Part shown: piece by piece, positions 16,101 to 25,266 of the stretch
How the letters are laid out: each line of letters starts with the position of its first letter
Numbering within the stretch: position 1 is the first letter of the stretch
Source: a virus
Lineage: Duplodnaviria; Caudoviricetes
IMG/VR virus record: IMGVR_UViG_3300043427_001721
Span: 1 to 28,230 of that record
DNA: 28,230 nt
Strand: one strand, 5' to 3'
Notes under the pieces: generated by a model
Databases searched by the model: none
What the model saw: only the letters and a program-made list of their open reading frames with translations
Told to the model about the DNA's origin: nothing
Position numbers and translations under genes: made by a program

Positions 16101-18257
16101 TGTGCAAAAGCCAGCCCCTCCTGCTGCGCCGGTTCCACCGGCTGCGCGAAAGTCGACCCTGTTGCCGCTGACAATGCTCCCGCCAGGACCGCCGCCTGTA
16201 CCGCGCAGATCAGTCGGGATTCCGGTCAGAGCGTTTCCCGAGACTTGGAGCTGGAGGTACGGGAAGCTCGCGTGTTTCCCCTGCGTGACGGGAACCGGGA
16301 GCGTGAGGAGCTTCGGGTTGCCTGACTTGTAGGCCGCGTGTGCGTCGATGCCATCCCAGCCGCGCGAGTTGCCGACCCAGCCAGGATTCCCAAGCGTTGA
16401 GGTCTGCGGGTTGGTGTCGTCCGCGACGCCTGGCAATCCGCCGCCGGTGCCGTTGATGGTTCCGTTGATCGTCAGGTAGCCCTTCACGCGGAGCTGCACG
16501 TTGCCGCTGATATTGATTGTGCAACCCTGCGGGATCGTGAGGTCGCCGTTGTGGTACCAGATCGAGGCCGCGGCAGTCATGTCCGCGCCGCCTGCGAGCG
16601 TATAGGTGCCCGTTGCCATGACGCCCGCGGTGATCGTGGCGACGCTCGAGAGCGCCGTTCCGGTTGCGGTGTAGAAGGCATCCGGGAGCGCGGTCGTCGC
16701 CGTCGTCGGCGAGAGCGCGGAGGCCGGAGAGGTCGAGCCGAAGAGCTCGAGCTGCACCTGGCCGGTGCGATGGTTGACGGAGATATTCTGGATCTCGAAC
16801 GCGCGGTCGATGCTCGAGCCGGTCCCGGAGAAGTCGCGGACGCTCGCGTACTTCACGCGGACGACGTCACCGACCTCGAGCTTGTTCAGCGAATGGACGA
16901 CCGTGACGGACATCCGCTCCGGCGGTGAGGCGTAGCGATCACGCAGAGAATCGACAAGCTGAAAGAGCAGCGAGTCGGTCGCCCGTCCGCCGTAGAGTCC
17001 CTTGAACTTGAGATCGAGAGGGTCCGCACGGCCGTGAATAGAAACGGACGTCCCGTCGATCAGCGAGGTCGTGCGGGAGTAGTCGGAGCCGGTCCAGTTC
17101 CAGGAGATGCGGAAGACATTGTGGACGTCTTCCATGTCGTGCGTGAGCTCGCCGACCTGAATCGAGTTCGACTCGTCGAGGGTTGCGACGGTTCCCGCGT
17201 CCGATAGAACGCGCGCGGCTCGCTTGAGACCGAGAGCGCCGTCTGCGTAAACCGGCATGAACATCCCGAGCAGTCGACAGATCTCCTCCTCGAGGAACTT
17301 CTTGCCGTCGGTTTTCTTTAGCCCCTCAAATCGAATGATGACGCCACCGTTTGCGCCGTCCCATACATCCGCGCCGATGCCGGTGAAGTCGGCGAGACGG
17401 ATCAAAGACGAACTGATCCCGAGGTGCCAGGTCGACGGGAGGGTGACGTTGTCACCGTAGAGGGTGCCGGTGAGGATGGCGTAGGCGAGCTTGACGGCCG
17501 GGAGCTCGAGGTAGACGTACTCCGTCACCTTCTCGCGACGCGCGGCGGGTGTTGCAGCGTCGACGTCGTACTTGCTCGCGATCGTTCCCAGGACGCCACG
17601 AGTGCATCCGGTAAAGGTTGTCGCAGTCTTGCCGGTGTAGCGGATGACCTCGTCGCGGATCTTGATGTAGCCGACGGTCGAGTTCGCTGCGTCCGAGTAG
17701 CTCGAGCCGTGATAGACGGTCGAGAAACCGCTCGTCGACGTGACGTAGACGGTCGTGTCCGTCGCGCTCAAAGACTGCGCGAGGTTTGTCTCGGCAAGCG
17801 AAAAGATGTCCTTCTTTGCGGAGCGCTGAACGTCCGCGCAGGAGATCGAGTAGCGCCCGCGGTCGTAGGCCGCCTGGGTAACCTGTTGCGTTCCGACCAT
17901 GACGAAGTCGTTGAACGAGAGCCCGGCGTAGCCCAGGTAGAAGCGCACCTGGCGCTGACGGAGACCGACGTCATCGTTGAGTCGTTCGCGGATCTCTGTT
18001 GTGAACTCCGCGCCGACGTCGACGACGGAGAACGACGCGGAGCCGATCTCGCTGCGGCCCTCGATCGGGTTCAATCGCTGCGAGACGATGGACGGTTCCT
18101 GGAGCGCGCCTTGCAGGACGGTTCCAGGCACGTCGGCAATACCGCTGTGCGAGGTGATGAAGATCGAGTCGACCGGGTACTCAATTTTGACGACGAACCG
18201 CGGCTCTTTAACCGAGGACGTATTGAGTACGTTGAAGACTTCGCCGTCGGTACGCAT
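13107..18257 (-). CDS. large tail tip / central fibre protein (1716 aa)
   Basis: Follows the tape measure and distal gene; Gly-rich region, FN3-like segment, collagen-like repeats, TAKIFAGAV-type repeats. Confidence 0.85.
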   Translation of the reverse strand: MRTDGEVFNVLNTSSVKEPRFVVKIEYPVDSIFITSHSGIADVPGTVLQGALQEPSIVSQRLNPIEGRSEIGSASFSVVDVGAEFTTEIRERLNDDVGLRQRQVRFYLGYAGLSFNDFVMVGTQQVTQAAYDRGRYSISCADVQRSAKKDIFSLAETNLAQSLSATDTTVYVTSTSGFSTVYHGSSYSDAANSTVGYIKIRDEVIRYTGKTATTFTGCTRGVLGTIASKYDVDAATPAARREKVTEYVYLELPAVKLAYAILTGTLYGDNVTLPSTWHLGISSSLIRLADFTGIGADVWDGANGGVIIRFEGLKKTDGKKFLEEEICRLLGMFMPVYADGALGLKRAARVLSDAGTVATLDESNSIQVGELTHDMEDVHNVFRISWNWTGSDYSRTTSLIDGTSVSIHGRADPLDLKFKGLYGGRATDSLLFQLVDSLRDRYASPPERMSVTVVHSLNKLEVGDVVRVKYASVRDFSGTGSSIDRAFEIQNISVNHRTGQVQLELFGSTSPASALSPTTATTALPDAFYTATGTALSSVATITAGVMATGTYTLAGGADMTAAASIWYHNGDLTIPQGCTINISGNVQLRVKGYLTINGTINGTGGGLPGVADDTNPQTSTLGNPGWVGNSRGWDGIDAHAAYKSGNPKLLTLPVPVTQGKHASFPYLQLQVSGNALTGIPTDLRGTGGGPGGSIVSGNRVDFRAAGGTGAAGGAGFCTVSRGFSTGASATINLSGNSSVMPPMHNANPNKYYPGAGGAGGPGSMLLLLDGSAVSAPDLTNRFVANTGAVPIAQPYLGFLTFLDNEGLKRYDDNYDPWAGYADPAVISERSLAGSCLRIQFVPAPETATADQDSKPPAISSLTASAQDGFALIAWTLPNDPASYDSVELYASTANDRGTATKIFDGRASDFQHVTNDTSARYYWIRTRRARVRSDWYPNTTSSSVTIAAKPPTLVGYLTNEAVTVPADSAGTVSSFATAVGDFKVFVGTTDVTSSCTFSILGQTNVTASINASSGAYSVTAMSADTGSVAFRATYAGSYSIDKVFSVTKARQGNAGTNGTNGTNGTNGTNGTNGTNVAQVYAYKRAASAPGDNPGAVTFDFTAGTITTATLANGWSKTIPGGTDPLYVIIASAVSSTSTDTIASNEWGGPVLLAQNGANGANGTNGANGTNGANGADGLNSATVFLYQRTSSNSAPSVASAGSTTYTFSTGAVSGQPSGWTRAVPSTGGSYLWSIQATAAATSSTDSIANTEWSSPALIAQDGAPGTNGTNGTNGTNGADSVNIQISKSAFQILAYADGSVPSFSGADGTLKVYQGSTDVTASATLSATAGSGVTGTINTATNTPVSGQAKGYYRITALSVDVGTLTLSAVYNGVTYTAVFTVSKNKIGYEIVATLPSTNLFAGRMVFLTTNSKLYRYTGTAWTTAVPTDDLTGQIISTQISDEAVTTAKIFAGAVTTDKIFAGAVTAGKISVTDLSSITANIGTLTAGTIRNTADSFRVDVTNGRTITTTGSYMKVTGAPFGSTSQFIEWYGPYFASLSSCTEANAVYYLKTNGSAYFGGTLSAGTLTNRGETSDLSATAQITVGPFGTNGDPKVVTVSYAYSGNWTQMQGSSTGTDSGSISATVKLYRKIGSGAETEVATLNVSGSWSYETDSEPYPNNLYARIWTQNMSGSASYTDSDASLSDRTYRAAVTARSLAFGTGNNSQRVSIVSVEE
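14420..15101 (-). repeat. three collagen-like (G-T/A-N)n tracts
   Basis: 9-bp tandem repeats at about 15030-15101, 14724-14793 and 14420-14474. Confidence 0.9.
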
Positions 18258-18679
18258 CAGGCCTCCTCGAGGTCAAACGTGACGCGCATCGCATCCTCGC
18301 TCGGCGAGCTGCCGGTCCCGTCTAGGCGCTCGAGGGTGTACGTCGGCTGCACCCGGCGCGCGGTGTACGTCGTGCCAAGCGACGCGACCGTCCCATACGG
18401 GGAGAACGTGACGCTCTCCTGGGCCTCGCATGAGTGCAGGAACTCAAGAAGCGCGGCGAGCTCGCTCGAGCCCTTGACCAGGACGGACACCGACCAGGTC
18501 GTCTTTCCGTAGTAGTACAGCGTCTCGGTTTTATCGGAGAGCGTCCGCTGAATCTCGGAGCCGACCTTGCGCCCGATCGTAAGACCGGCCTCGACGACGC
18601 GGAGGTCTAGCGAATACTGATCGCCGGAGCTATGCCCGGCGATGACGGAACGCTTTGCGGTGTAGACGACTGCGGTCAT
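18257..18679 (-). CDS. probable distal tail protein
   Basis: Sits between the tape measure and the tail tip gene; beta-rich, 140 aa. Confidence 0.55.
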   Translation of the reverse strand: MTAVVYTAKRSVIAGHSSGDQYSLDLRVVEAGLTIGRKVGSEIQRTLSDKTETLYYYGKTTWSVSVLVKGSSELAALLEFLHSCEAQESVTFSPYGTVASLGTTYTARRVQPTYTLERLDGTGSSPSEDAMRVTFDLEEA

Positions 18680-20439
18680 TAGGTGCCCCCGATGAGTCCG
18701 GCTTGTCTGCTGTTGCCGTTGATGAAGACGACGTCGCGGTCATTGATCGCCTCGGAGAGCTGACCGATCAGCCAGTCGGCGGTCTCGCGGCTCGAGAAGA
18801 CGCTTCCCTGGATGACGACCTGGGCGATCTTTGCCTGCGGCTCCTGCGCCTGTTGCGCGTTGCCAGCCGGAGCGGTTCGGTTTGCGGTGCTTGCAGTACC
18901 GCCCGAGAGCCCGCCCTGCGTGACGCTTGCAGAGCCGCCAGGATTGGTCGCTTTGATCTTTGCGACCTGGATCGCACCAGCGATCGCGACCTTTGCGGCG
19001 GCGGCGAGGTTAGCGGGAAACGGTAATGAGAGCGCTTTGGTGACGCCCTCTGCCGTGTTGATGACAGCGTTCGCGATTGCGAAAGCCTGCTGAACTTTGA
19101 AAAGCGTCGAATTCTGTGCGGCGAGAGTCGTGAAGAGCTCACCGGCGAGCGAGATGATCGACTGATTTTTTATCTGCTCAAAGTCGAGGAGCTGTAGCCC
19201 GAACGCCTGCGCGACATCCATGCGGAACATCTCGAGGTCGCTTGCGACCTGGATGCGCTGCGCGGCGGACGACATATCCAAATTCAACAAATGGTCGTAG
19301 TGCTGCTGCTGCAACATCTCGACCATTTGGATATGCGACATCTCCTGTTGTAGCTCTCGAGCGCGCGCTTCGTTTGACGCTTTCTCGCGCCGCTCGGCGG
19401 CGGTTAGCTCCGGCTTCTTTGAAAGATCCGGCACCATAGGCTGCGGGATGTCGACCGGCACGTCGACCATGACCGGCTCGAACTGCGACCTCGTCTTGAG
19501 GATGTCGATCTCGCGGCCGACCGCGGCGATCGCTTGCTGAAGCGCGCGCGGCCCCATGATCACGTTGCCGTTCTCGACGTATCCCAGGTTCAAGAAAAAC
19601 GGAAGCATCGAGTCGCGCGACTCGCGCAGGATCTCGAGCTTTCGCTCGAGCTTCTCGAGCTCGCCGCCTCCACCGACCAGGATGCGGAGCGAGCTGATCC
19701 ATTCATTCGTCGCCTGGAGCACCGGACCGAGGACCACCGAGGCGAGCGCTGCGAGCTCGATCGCGGTGTTCTTTCCGGCGGTCTTCAGAATGTCGAGCTG
19801 GTCGCCCAGGGTGTCGACTTTTGCGATCGCCTCTGCGGAGACCGGCCCGCCGATCGCGGAGAGCTGCGCGTTGATCTCTTCGCTGTTCGTCCCGATCGCG
19901 ACCAGCGTCGGCACGAGCTCGGCGCCCGACTTCCCGAACAATGCCATCGCGGCCGTCGTGCGAGCGGCCGGATCTTCGATCGCTGCAATGGCGACAGCGA
20001 TGGCCTCGAACTGCTTATCTGGCGACAGCGCGAGGATCTGATTCGCGGAGAGGCCGAGACGATTAAGCGCCTCGGTTGCTTCTTTGGAGCCCTCGCCTGC
20101 GGTGATCAGCGCCTTCTGCATACGGCCGACGGCGCCGGAGACATTCTCGAGCGAGCCGCCAGAGAGCCCGGCTGCAAACTGAAGCCGCTGTAGCGCGTCG
20201 ATCGAGATCCCGGTCTTGATCGCGGTATCGTTCAGAGCGCTCGCGGCCTGGAGCGCCTGGTTGATCAGCGCGCCGAACGAAATGCCCGCCGCGACGCCAC
20301 CGAGGAGCTTGAAGTTGCTCGTCAGTTGGGAGAGGACGCTGTCCGTCCCTTTGACGTCCTTCTTGACTCGCTCGAGCTCCGAGCGCATTTGCGCGGAGTC
20401 CGCCGCCATTTTGACGACTAGGGTGCCTATATCAGCCAT
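18679..20439 (-). CDS. tape measure protein (586 aa)
   Basis: MADIGTLVVKMAADS N-terminus, Ala/Leu helical composition, LFGKSG motif; follows the chaperones. Confidence 0.9.
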   Translation of the reverse strand: MADIGTLVVKMAADSAQMRSELERVKKDVKGTDSVLSQLTSNFKLLGGVAAGISFGALINQALQAASALNDTAIKTGISIDALQRLQFAAGLSGGSLENVSGAVGRMQKALITAGEGSKEATEALNRLGLSANQILALSPDKQFEAIAVAIAAIEDPAARTTAAMALFGKSGAELVPTLVAIGTNSEEINAQLSAIGGPVSAEAIAKVDTLGDQLDILKTAGKNTAIELAALASVVLGPVLQATNEWISSLRILVGGGGELEKLERKLEILRESRDSMLPFFLNLGYVENGNVIMGPRALQQAIAAVGREIDILKTRSQFEPVMVDVPVDIPQPMVPDLSKKPELTAAERREKASNEARARELQQEMSHIQMVEMLQQQHYDHLLNLDMSSAAQRIQVASDLEMFRMDVAQAFGLQLLDFEQIKNQSIISLAGELFTTLAAQNSTLFKVQQAFAIANAVINTAEGVTKALSLPFPANLAAAAKVAIAGAIQVAKIKATNPGGSASVTQGGLSGGTASTANRTAPAGNAQQAQEPQAKIAQVVIQGSVFSSRETADWLIGQLSEAINDRDVVFINGNSRQAGLIGGT

Positions 20440-20751
20440 GCTTCACCATTGCTTGCAGAATCGCTCGCTGTTCGGCGACCGATTGCGACTTGGGAGTCGT
20501 GTCTTTCTTCGGGATGAAGTCGTCCGGGTTCCAGGCCTTTCCGCCCTTCTTTGGCCCTGCGGCGTTCGCCGTCGTCGATGCGAGCATTCCCATGCGCCAC
20601 ATCTCGACGTCGTAACCGAAAGGCTCGAGCCCGTAGAACGCGATCCAGTAGGTGAACTCCGCGGAGCTCATTCGCTCCTGGAGCTCACCCACCGTTGCGC
20701 CGAGTTGCGCTGCGAGGCGGAACCACATCTGGAGTTCCGGCTCGCCCGCTA
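20432..20751 (-). CDS. tail assembly chaperone, frameshift extension (gpT-like)
   Basis: LAAQLGATVGELQERMSSAEF..W motif; in the -1 frame relative to the upstream chaperone. Confidence 0.85.
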
Positions 20752-21090
20752 TTTTTTTTCAGCGTCTCCGACCGCGTTGTCGGTAAGGAGCGACGCCTCG
20801 AGGATCGCCTTCGACAGTTGCGAGAGGACCGCGCCGTCGAGCTTGGCGACCTCGAGCGGATCGTCGAATAGACGAACGCCCTCGGCATCGCAGAGACCGA
20901 GCGAGACGACCTTGTAGTCTGCGAGCGGCTCGCCCCCTTTGGAGGCCTCCGACGCCCATTGCTGCAAGGTCACGCGCTCCCCGCCCGAGAGCCCGCGGAT
21001 GTAGAGCTTGACGCCCTGCACCTCGAGCTCACGGACGGAGGCCTTCGAGAACGTGCTGCTGATCGTTGCCTTGAGCAGCTCGCGACTCAT
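20749..21090 (-). CDS. tail assembly chaperone (gpG-like)
   Basis: Follows the tail tube gene; ends GAA AAA AAA TAG. Confidence 0.85.
   Translation of the reverse strand: MSRELLKATISSTFSKASVRELEVQGVKLYIRGLSGGERVTLQQWASEASKGGEPLADYKVVSLGLCDAEGVRLFDDPLEVAKLDGAVLSQLSKAILEASLLTDNAVGDAEKK
20752..20760 (-). promoter_or_regulatory. -1 programmed frameshift slippery site
   Basis: GAAAAAAAA before TAG; a -1 slip reads IAGEPELQMWFR in frame with the next ORF. Confidence 0.85.
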
Positions 21091-21512
21091 TACGGGGTCA
21101 CCGTCGGGAGCGCGGTGATCTCGATCGTCACGTTGGCGACGACTTCGGCACCTTCAGCCGTGAAGGCGTCCAGGTCGAACTTCGTCACCAGGCCGGGGAA
21201 CTGCACCTGGAAGGCGCCAGAATCCGAGAGGATGATCTGGTAGTTGCCCGAGGTGCCCGCGACGAGCTTCGTCCGCATTGCTTCGTGAGCAGCGATGCTG
21301 CCGTCGAAGAGCAGCTTGAGCTCGACGTTCATCGGATCGTGCGAGCCGATCATGCGCGTCGGGTAGCTCGAGTCCATCGTGTAGACGTCGACGGTCTTGC
21401 GGTTGTAGCCGCTCCACTTGATCTCCTGCACCTGGGCCAGGGTTGAGAACACCTCCGGGGAGGCGGCGTTGCCGACCTTAAAGAGGGTGCCGGTCGAAAT
21501 ACTTGCAGCCAT
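21090..21512 (-). CDS. major tail tube protein
   Basis: GTLFKVGNAASPEVF N-terminus, GGAG RBS, position between the terminator and chaperone genes. Confidence 0.85.
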   Translation of the reverse strand: MAASISTGTLFKVGNAASPEVFSTLAQVQEIKWSGYNRKTVDVYTMDSSYPTRMIGSHDPMNVELKLLFDGSIAAHEAMRTKLVAGTSGNYQIILSDSGAFQVQFPGLVTKFDLDAFTAEGAEVVANVTIEITALPTVTP

Positions 21513-21524
21513 TGTGATCACTCC

Positions 21525-21583
21525 AAAAAAAAGACCGCCGAGGCGGTCGTTGTTGAAAGAAAAAAAAGGCGCCCGAAGGCGCC
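21525..21583 (-). terminator. two tandem intrinsic-terminator-like hairpins
   Basis: Minus strand GGCGCC-TTCG-GGCGCC-T8, then GACCGCC-TC-GGCGGTC-T8. Confidence 0.8.
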
Positions 21584-21607
21584 GAGGAACATGGAAGCTC
21601 TAACCCA

Positions 21608-21994
21608 TCACCGATAAACGAACTCGAAATCTTGTTGAACGACTCGCATCGTGCGATCGCCCATTGCGTCGGCCTGCTCCTGCTGTTGCGAGAGCCGCGA
21701 CATGAGGACCGTCACTCCGCTCTGCGTTCCCGACCATCCGTCGAGTCCGCCGCGAATCGCCTCGACGACCGGCGCGACCTGGGACATCGTCTCTCCGACC
21801 GTCTCGATGCGGAGCACCGCACGAAAGAGGAGCGGGTTGTTTCCCAGGGTGCGAGCCATGCCTTGTCCGCTCGTGCGACTCACGGCGACCGCCGGGAGCG
21901 TCGGCTCCTGGACGATGATCTCGCGGTAAACCCGAGACCCGGCGCCGGTGTTCAGCGCGGAGACTTTCGCGATGATTGCGTTCTCGATGCTCAC
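21608..21994 (-). CDS. tail terminator/completion protein (DUF3168-like)
   Basis: SIENAI...RVY...LPAV...AIRGGLDGW; GTGA overlap; gene order. Confidence 0.8.
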   Translation of the reverse strand: MSIENAIIAKVSALNTGAGSRVYREIIVQEPTLPAVAVSRTSGQGMARTLGNNPLLFRAVLRIETVGETMSQVAPVVEAIRGGLDGWSGTQSGVTVLMSRLSQQQEQADAMGDRTMRVVQQDFEFVYR

Positions 21995-22512
21995 GGATCG
22001 ACGAGCCCCTCTGTGTCGGCTGCGCGCTCGCGCAGTCTCTTCTCGATGCGGGTGATGCCCTGGCGCAAGATGCGCTGAAACTCTGGAAGGATTCCGCTGC
22101 GCGTTGCGTCCCAAGCAGGACCGAACCACGGTCTCGCGTTCACGCGACGTCCGCTCGGACCGCGGACGCGGTGACCAAACTCGACGAGGTGACCGTAGAA
22201 GATCCCCTTCCGCTTGCGGTTGTAGTAGACGTTTTGCAGCGCGACAGCGCGTCGGTCCTTCTTCTTCGGCCCGACCTGGACGGCGACGGTCTCGCTGCCC
22301 TTCGGTCGCACCGTGACAATCCGCACCGACTCTGCGAGAGCTCCCGATCGAGCGAAGCTCTCCGCGTTCGAGGTCGCCTGGCGCTCAAGCTTGATCAGCG
22401 AGCGACGACTTGCCCGAGTGAGGAGACGCTTCGCCGCTATAGCATCGAGCTCGAGCAGTCGCGCCTCGAGCTCCTTTAGTCCCTCGACCTTGATGTCGGT
22501 GACGATCGGCAC
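21991..22512 (-). CDS. HK97 gp10-like tail component
   Basis: VEGLKEL, SGALAESV, FYGHLVEFG and ARPWFGPAW motifs. Confidence 0.88.
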   Translation of the reverse strand: MPIVTDIKVEGLKELEARLLELDAIAAKRLLTRASRRSLIKLERQATSNAESFARSGALAESVRIVTVRPKGSETVAVQVGPKKKDRRAVALQNVYYNRKRKGIFYGHLVEFGHRVRGPSGRRVNARPWFGPAWDATRSGILPEFQRILRQGITRIEKRLRERAADTEGLVDP

Positions 22513-22838
22513 TAGACGAACCTCTCGACGCAAAGGAGCTGGAGCTCGCGGTTGCGCTCGTCGCGGTTGATCACCGACTGGATGTCGAAGTAACGCGAGC
22601 CGAACTTGACGCGATCCTTCGGCGTGAGCGTCACGCCCGAGATCGGACGGATGACGATGCGCGTCGAGATCTCGCTTTGCATCTGCGCGGCGGCGAAATA
22701 CTCGCGGCCGTTGAGCGGTTCGACGGACGCCCAGACCGTGCCGAGCGCTGTCCAGGTCGGCGTCTGGTCTCCGTACTGGTCGATGGCGTCGGTCGCCCGT
22801 TGGACGGTGACACGATGTCGAAGACGCCCCGCCTGCAT
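22512..22838 (-). CDS. head closure / head-tail adaptor (SPP1 gp16-like)
   Basis: MQAGRLRHRVT, VWASVEPLNGRE motifs. Confidence 0.92.
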   Translation of the reverse strand: MQAGRLRHRVTVQRATDAIDQYGDQTPTWTALGTVWASVEPLNGREYFAAAQMQSEISTRIVIRPISGVTLTPKDRVKFGSRYFDIQSVINRDERNRELQLLCVERFV

Positions 22839-23413
22839 CAGAACACCTTGAAGGGTGACAGGAGCGCGGTGAACCCGAGCGGAAACTCGGTGACGATCGT
22901 CCCGGTGAGCGTCGCTTCGCGGTTCTCGTAAAGGTGCGCGATCATCAGCTTGATCGCCGCCTTGATCGCTGGCGGCACATCCGTCGGCGCACCGTAGCCC
23001 GCGACGTAGCGGATGCGGACGTCGTTGATGTGACCTCGAGAGCTCGGCCAGGTCTGGTTATAGGCCTGGAAGATCTTCCCAGGTTGCGCGAACGGGCCTG
23101 CGTCGTTGACGACCTGGTAGGTGTTCGCTGCGAGCGTCTGCGTGTTGCCCTGGACGTCGATGTAGATGATCGAGGTCACGCTCACGAGCGGCCCCTTCGG
23201 GAGCTCGAAGTAGAGCGGGAACTGATCGACCCGCAGCTCCCAGGTCGTGCTGACGAACGAGCGCCCGGTGTAGGCCTCGGCGTACTCGCGCGCGGCCTTC
23301 GTGAGCGCGAAAAGCATCTCGTCGTCCTGGTTGCCGTCAATGCGGCAATGCGAGCGCGCCTCTTCGACCGTTACCGGCTCGCCCGTCGGAGCCGTGATCA
23401 GGGTGTGGTTCAT
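22838..23413 (-). CDS. head-tail connector (HK97 gp6-like)
   Basis: EPVTVEEARSHCRID, AGYG, HLYENRE motifs. Confidence 0.92.
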   Translation of the reverse strand: MNHTLITAPTGEPVTVEEARSHCRIDGNQDDEMLFALTKAAREYAEAYTGRSFVSTTWELRVDQFPLYFELPKGPLVSVTSIIYIDVQGNTQTLAANTYQVVNDAGPFAQPGKIFQAYNQTWPSSRGHINDVRIRYVAGYGAPTDVPPAIKAAIKLMIAHLYENREATLTGTIVTEFPLGFTALLSPFKVF

Positions 23414-23685
23414 AGCTGTCGCACCTGTACCAGGACCGAGCGGTCCTCGATGCGTCCGCCCGGCGTCGTGACGCGATTCGTGATGAGGTAGTCAGCTCCG
23501 GCCGCTCCGCCGGAGAGGAAGGCGCGCGTCACGTTCGCCGTCACACCTTCCGAGACGATCGAGAGCGCTGCGGGAACTTCCCAGGCCGAGGTCGTGACCG
23601 CGTCCCCGTTCAGCCAGGGATTCCAGTCGACCTCGAAGTCGATCGTCGAGTTTGGATCTTTCGTGAATGCCGCGATGATCGTCAT
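23410..23685 (-). CDS. small Ig-like fibre adaptor protein
   Basis: KDP...DF..DW..WL.GD...S.W and LSGG..G..Y..TN..TT..GR patterns, seen next to fibre genes. Confidence 0.65.
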   Translation of the reverse strand: MTIIAAFTKDPNSTIDFEVDWNPWLNGDAVTTSAWEVPAALSIVSEGVTANVTRAFLSGGAAGADYLITNRVTTPGGRIEDRSVLVQVRQL

Positions 23686-25223
23686 GCAGCGATTCTCCTG
23701 TTATTGCGTGAGACCTTGATCGTGCGGCCTTCCGCTTCGACCTCGATCGAACTGTCAGCGCCGACCTTGAGCGTCGAGCGCTGCGGAATAATTTCGCGGC
23801 GATCCTGGAACGGAACCTTCAGCTCTCGAGAGTCCGGCGTGAAGGTGCGATTCCGTAGCCGTCCGCTGACGGTCGCATCGCCCTCCGCATCGCCGTCGAC
23901 GGAGCCGCGCCCTCGCGCCTGTGCGCTGATCTCGGCGGTGCCGAAGACCAGGCCCAGGATCGGGCCGCGCCCGTAGATCGTGACGATAGAGCTCGCCGAG
24001 CCCGCCGCGTCGCCGACCTGGCGACCGTAGGCCAGGATCGAAGCGCTCGCGCTCGAGGTGCCGCTCTCGTTGCCGTCGACCGCGCCGCGCCCGTAGGCCG
24101 GAACATCCTCGACGGTGCTCTCGCCCGAGATCGCGCCCTGGACGATTGAGCGCCCGTCGATCGAGGCCTCGACCGTAGCGTCGCCCGCGATCGAGCCGGA
24201 GCCCATCGCGAAGGCGCGCGCCTCGGCGCTGACTGTTGCGTCGCCTGCAATCGAGCCATCCGCCGGAGCGAATGCCAGGATGACCGCGCTCGAGCTCGAG
24301 GAGCCGATCGCCGCGCCAGGTGCGGAGATCTTCCGCTGCCCGGAGCCCTCGACCGTCGCCAGGCCTTCGGCGGAGCCGGAGCCCTGGGCGGTTGCCAGGA
24401 TGTCGCCGGACACCGAGCTCGAGGAGCTCGAAGCACCCTCGGCCGTAGCGGTCGCCAGGATGTCGCCGCTCGCCGCCGCAGAGCCCGCAGAGGCGGCATC
24501 TGCCAGACCGTAGGCGAGGACATCCCCCGCGATCGTGCTCGCCCCCTGCGCCGCCCCATTAGCCGGGAAGACGCCCTGGATTGAGCCGTCGACCGTCGAG
24601 GTGCCGGACGTTTCGCCGCGGCTCGAGAACCTCGCGGTCCCCGAGGCGGTTGCAGTCGCCGAGCCCTCGGCCTGGCCGGATGCCTGGCCGGTTGCGAACG
24701 CATCGCCCGAGACGGACGCGCTGCCCGAGCTCGAGGCGTCGAGTCCGGTGCGCGCCTGGACATCGGCCGCGGCCGTAGCCGTCCCCGCAGCAGCGCCCTC
24801 GCCTTCGATACGCCCGGAGCCGTCGGCGGTTGCCGTCGAGCTCGAGCTCGAGGAGGCGGAGATCGGCCCCGACGCAATGACCGCGCCCGCGACCGTTGCA
24901 GATCCCGAGGAGATGCCGCTCCCGGCGCCCGCCGCAATGATCGCGCCAGAGACCGCCCCGGTCCCGGCTGCGGAGCCGGTCGCCGAGGCGATTGCCCGAG
25001 AGGTTGCCGACGTCGTCGACGAACCCGCGGAGCTTGCAATCGGACGGCCGATCGCGTCGATGTCACCCGTGACCGTTGCCGAGCCAACACTCGCGCCAGG
25101 CGAGGAGATCTTCGGAACGAGCGCGCCGGTGACGGTCGCTGACCCTGCGGCGGTGCCGTACAGCGTATCGCCGACGGCATAGCCGAAAAGCCAGTAGTCG
25201 CTCTGGACGTATAGGCCGCTCAT
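23682..25223 (-). CDS. Ala/Gly/Ser-rich repetitive virion protein (513 aa)
   Basis: About 21-aa quasi-repeats of the type G.A.GS..G.ATV.G.I.A; aromatic N-terminus YVQSDYWLFGYAVGD. Confidence 0.75.
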   Translation of the reverse strand: MSGLYVQSDYWLFGYAVGDTLYGTAAGSATVTGALVPKISSPGASVGSATVTGDIDAIGRPIASSAGSSTTSATSRAIASATGSAAGTGAVSGAIIAAGAGSGISSGSATVAGAVIASGPISASSSSSSTATADGSGRIEGEGAAAGTATAAADVQARTGLDASSSGSASVSGDAFATGQASGQAEGSATATASGTARFSSRGETSGTSTVDGSIQGVFPANGAAQGASTIAGDVLAYGLADAASAGSAAASGDILATATAEGASSSSSSVSGDILATAQGSGSAEGLATVEGSGQRKISAPGAAIGSSSSSAVILAFAPADGSIAGDATVSAEARAFAMGSGSIAGDATVEASIDGRSIVQGAISGESTVEDVPAYGRGAVDGNESGTSSASASILAYGRQVGDAAGSASSIVTIYGRGPILGLVFGTAEISAQARGRGSVDGDAEGDATVSGRLRNRTFTPDSRELKVPFQDRREIIPQRSTLKVGADSSIEVEAEGRTIKVSRNNRRIAA

Positions 25224-25266
25224 CTAACCTCCGAGCCGGTCTCGAAGTCGGACGCGGCCTGTTTCA

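Noticed and set aside
23819-25180. 453-aa Arg/Pro-rich overlapping ORF
   Set aside because: Alternative frame of a low-complexity GC-rich gene that lacks stops by composition.
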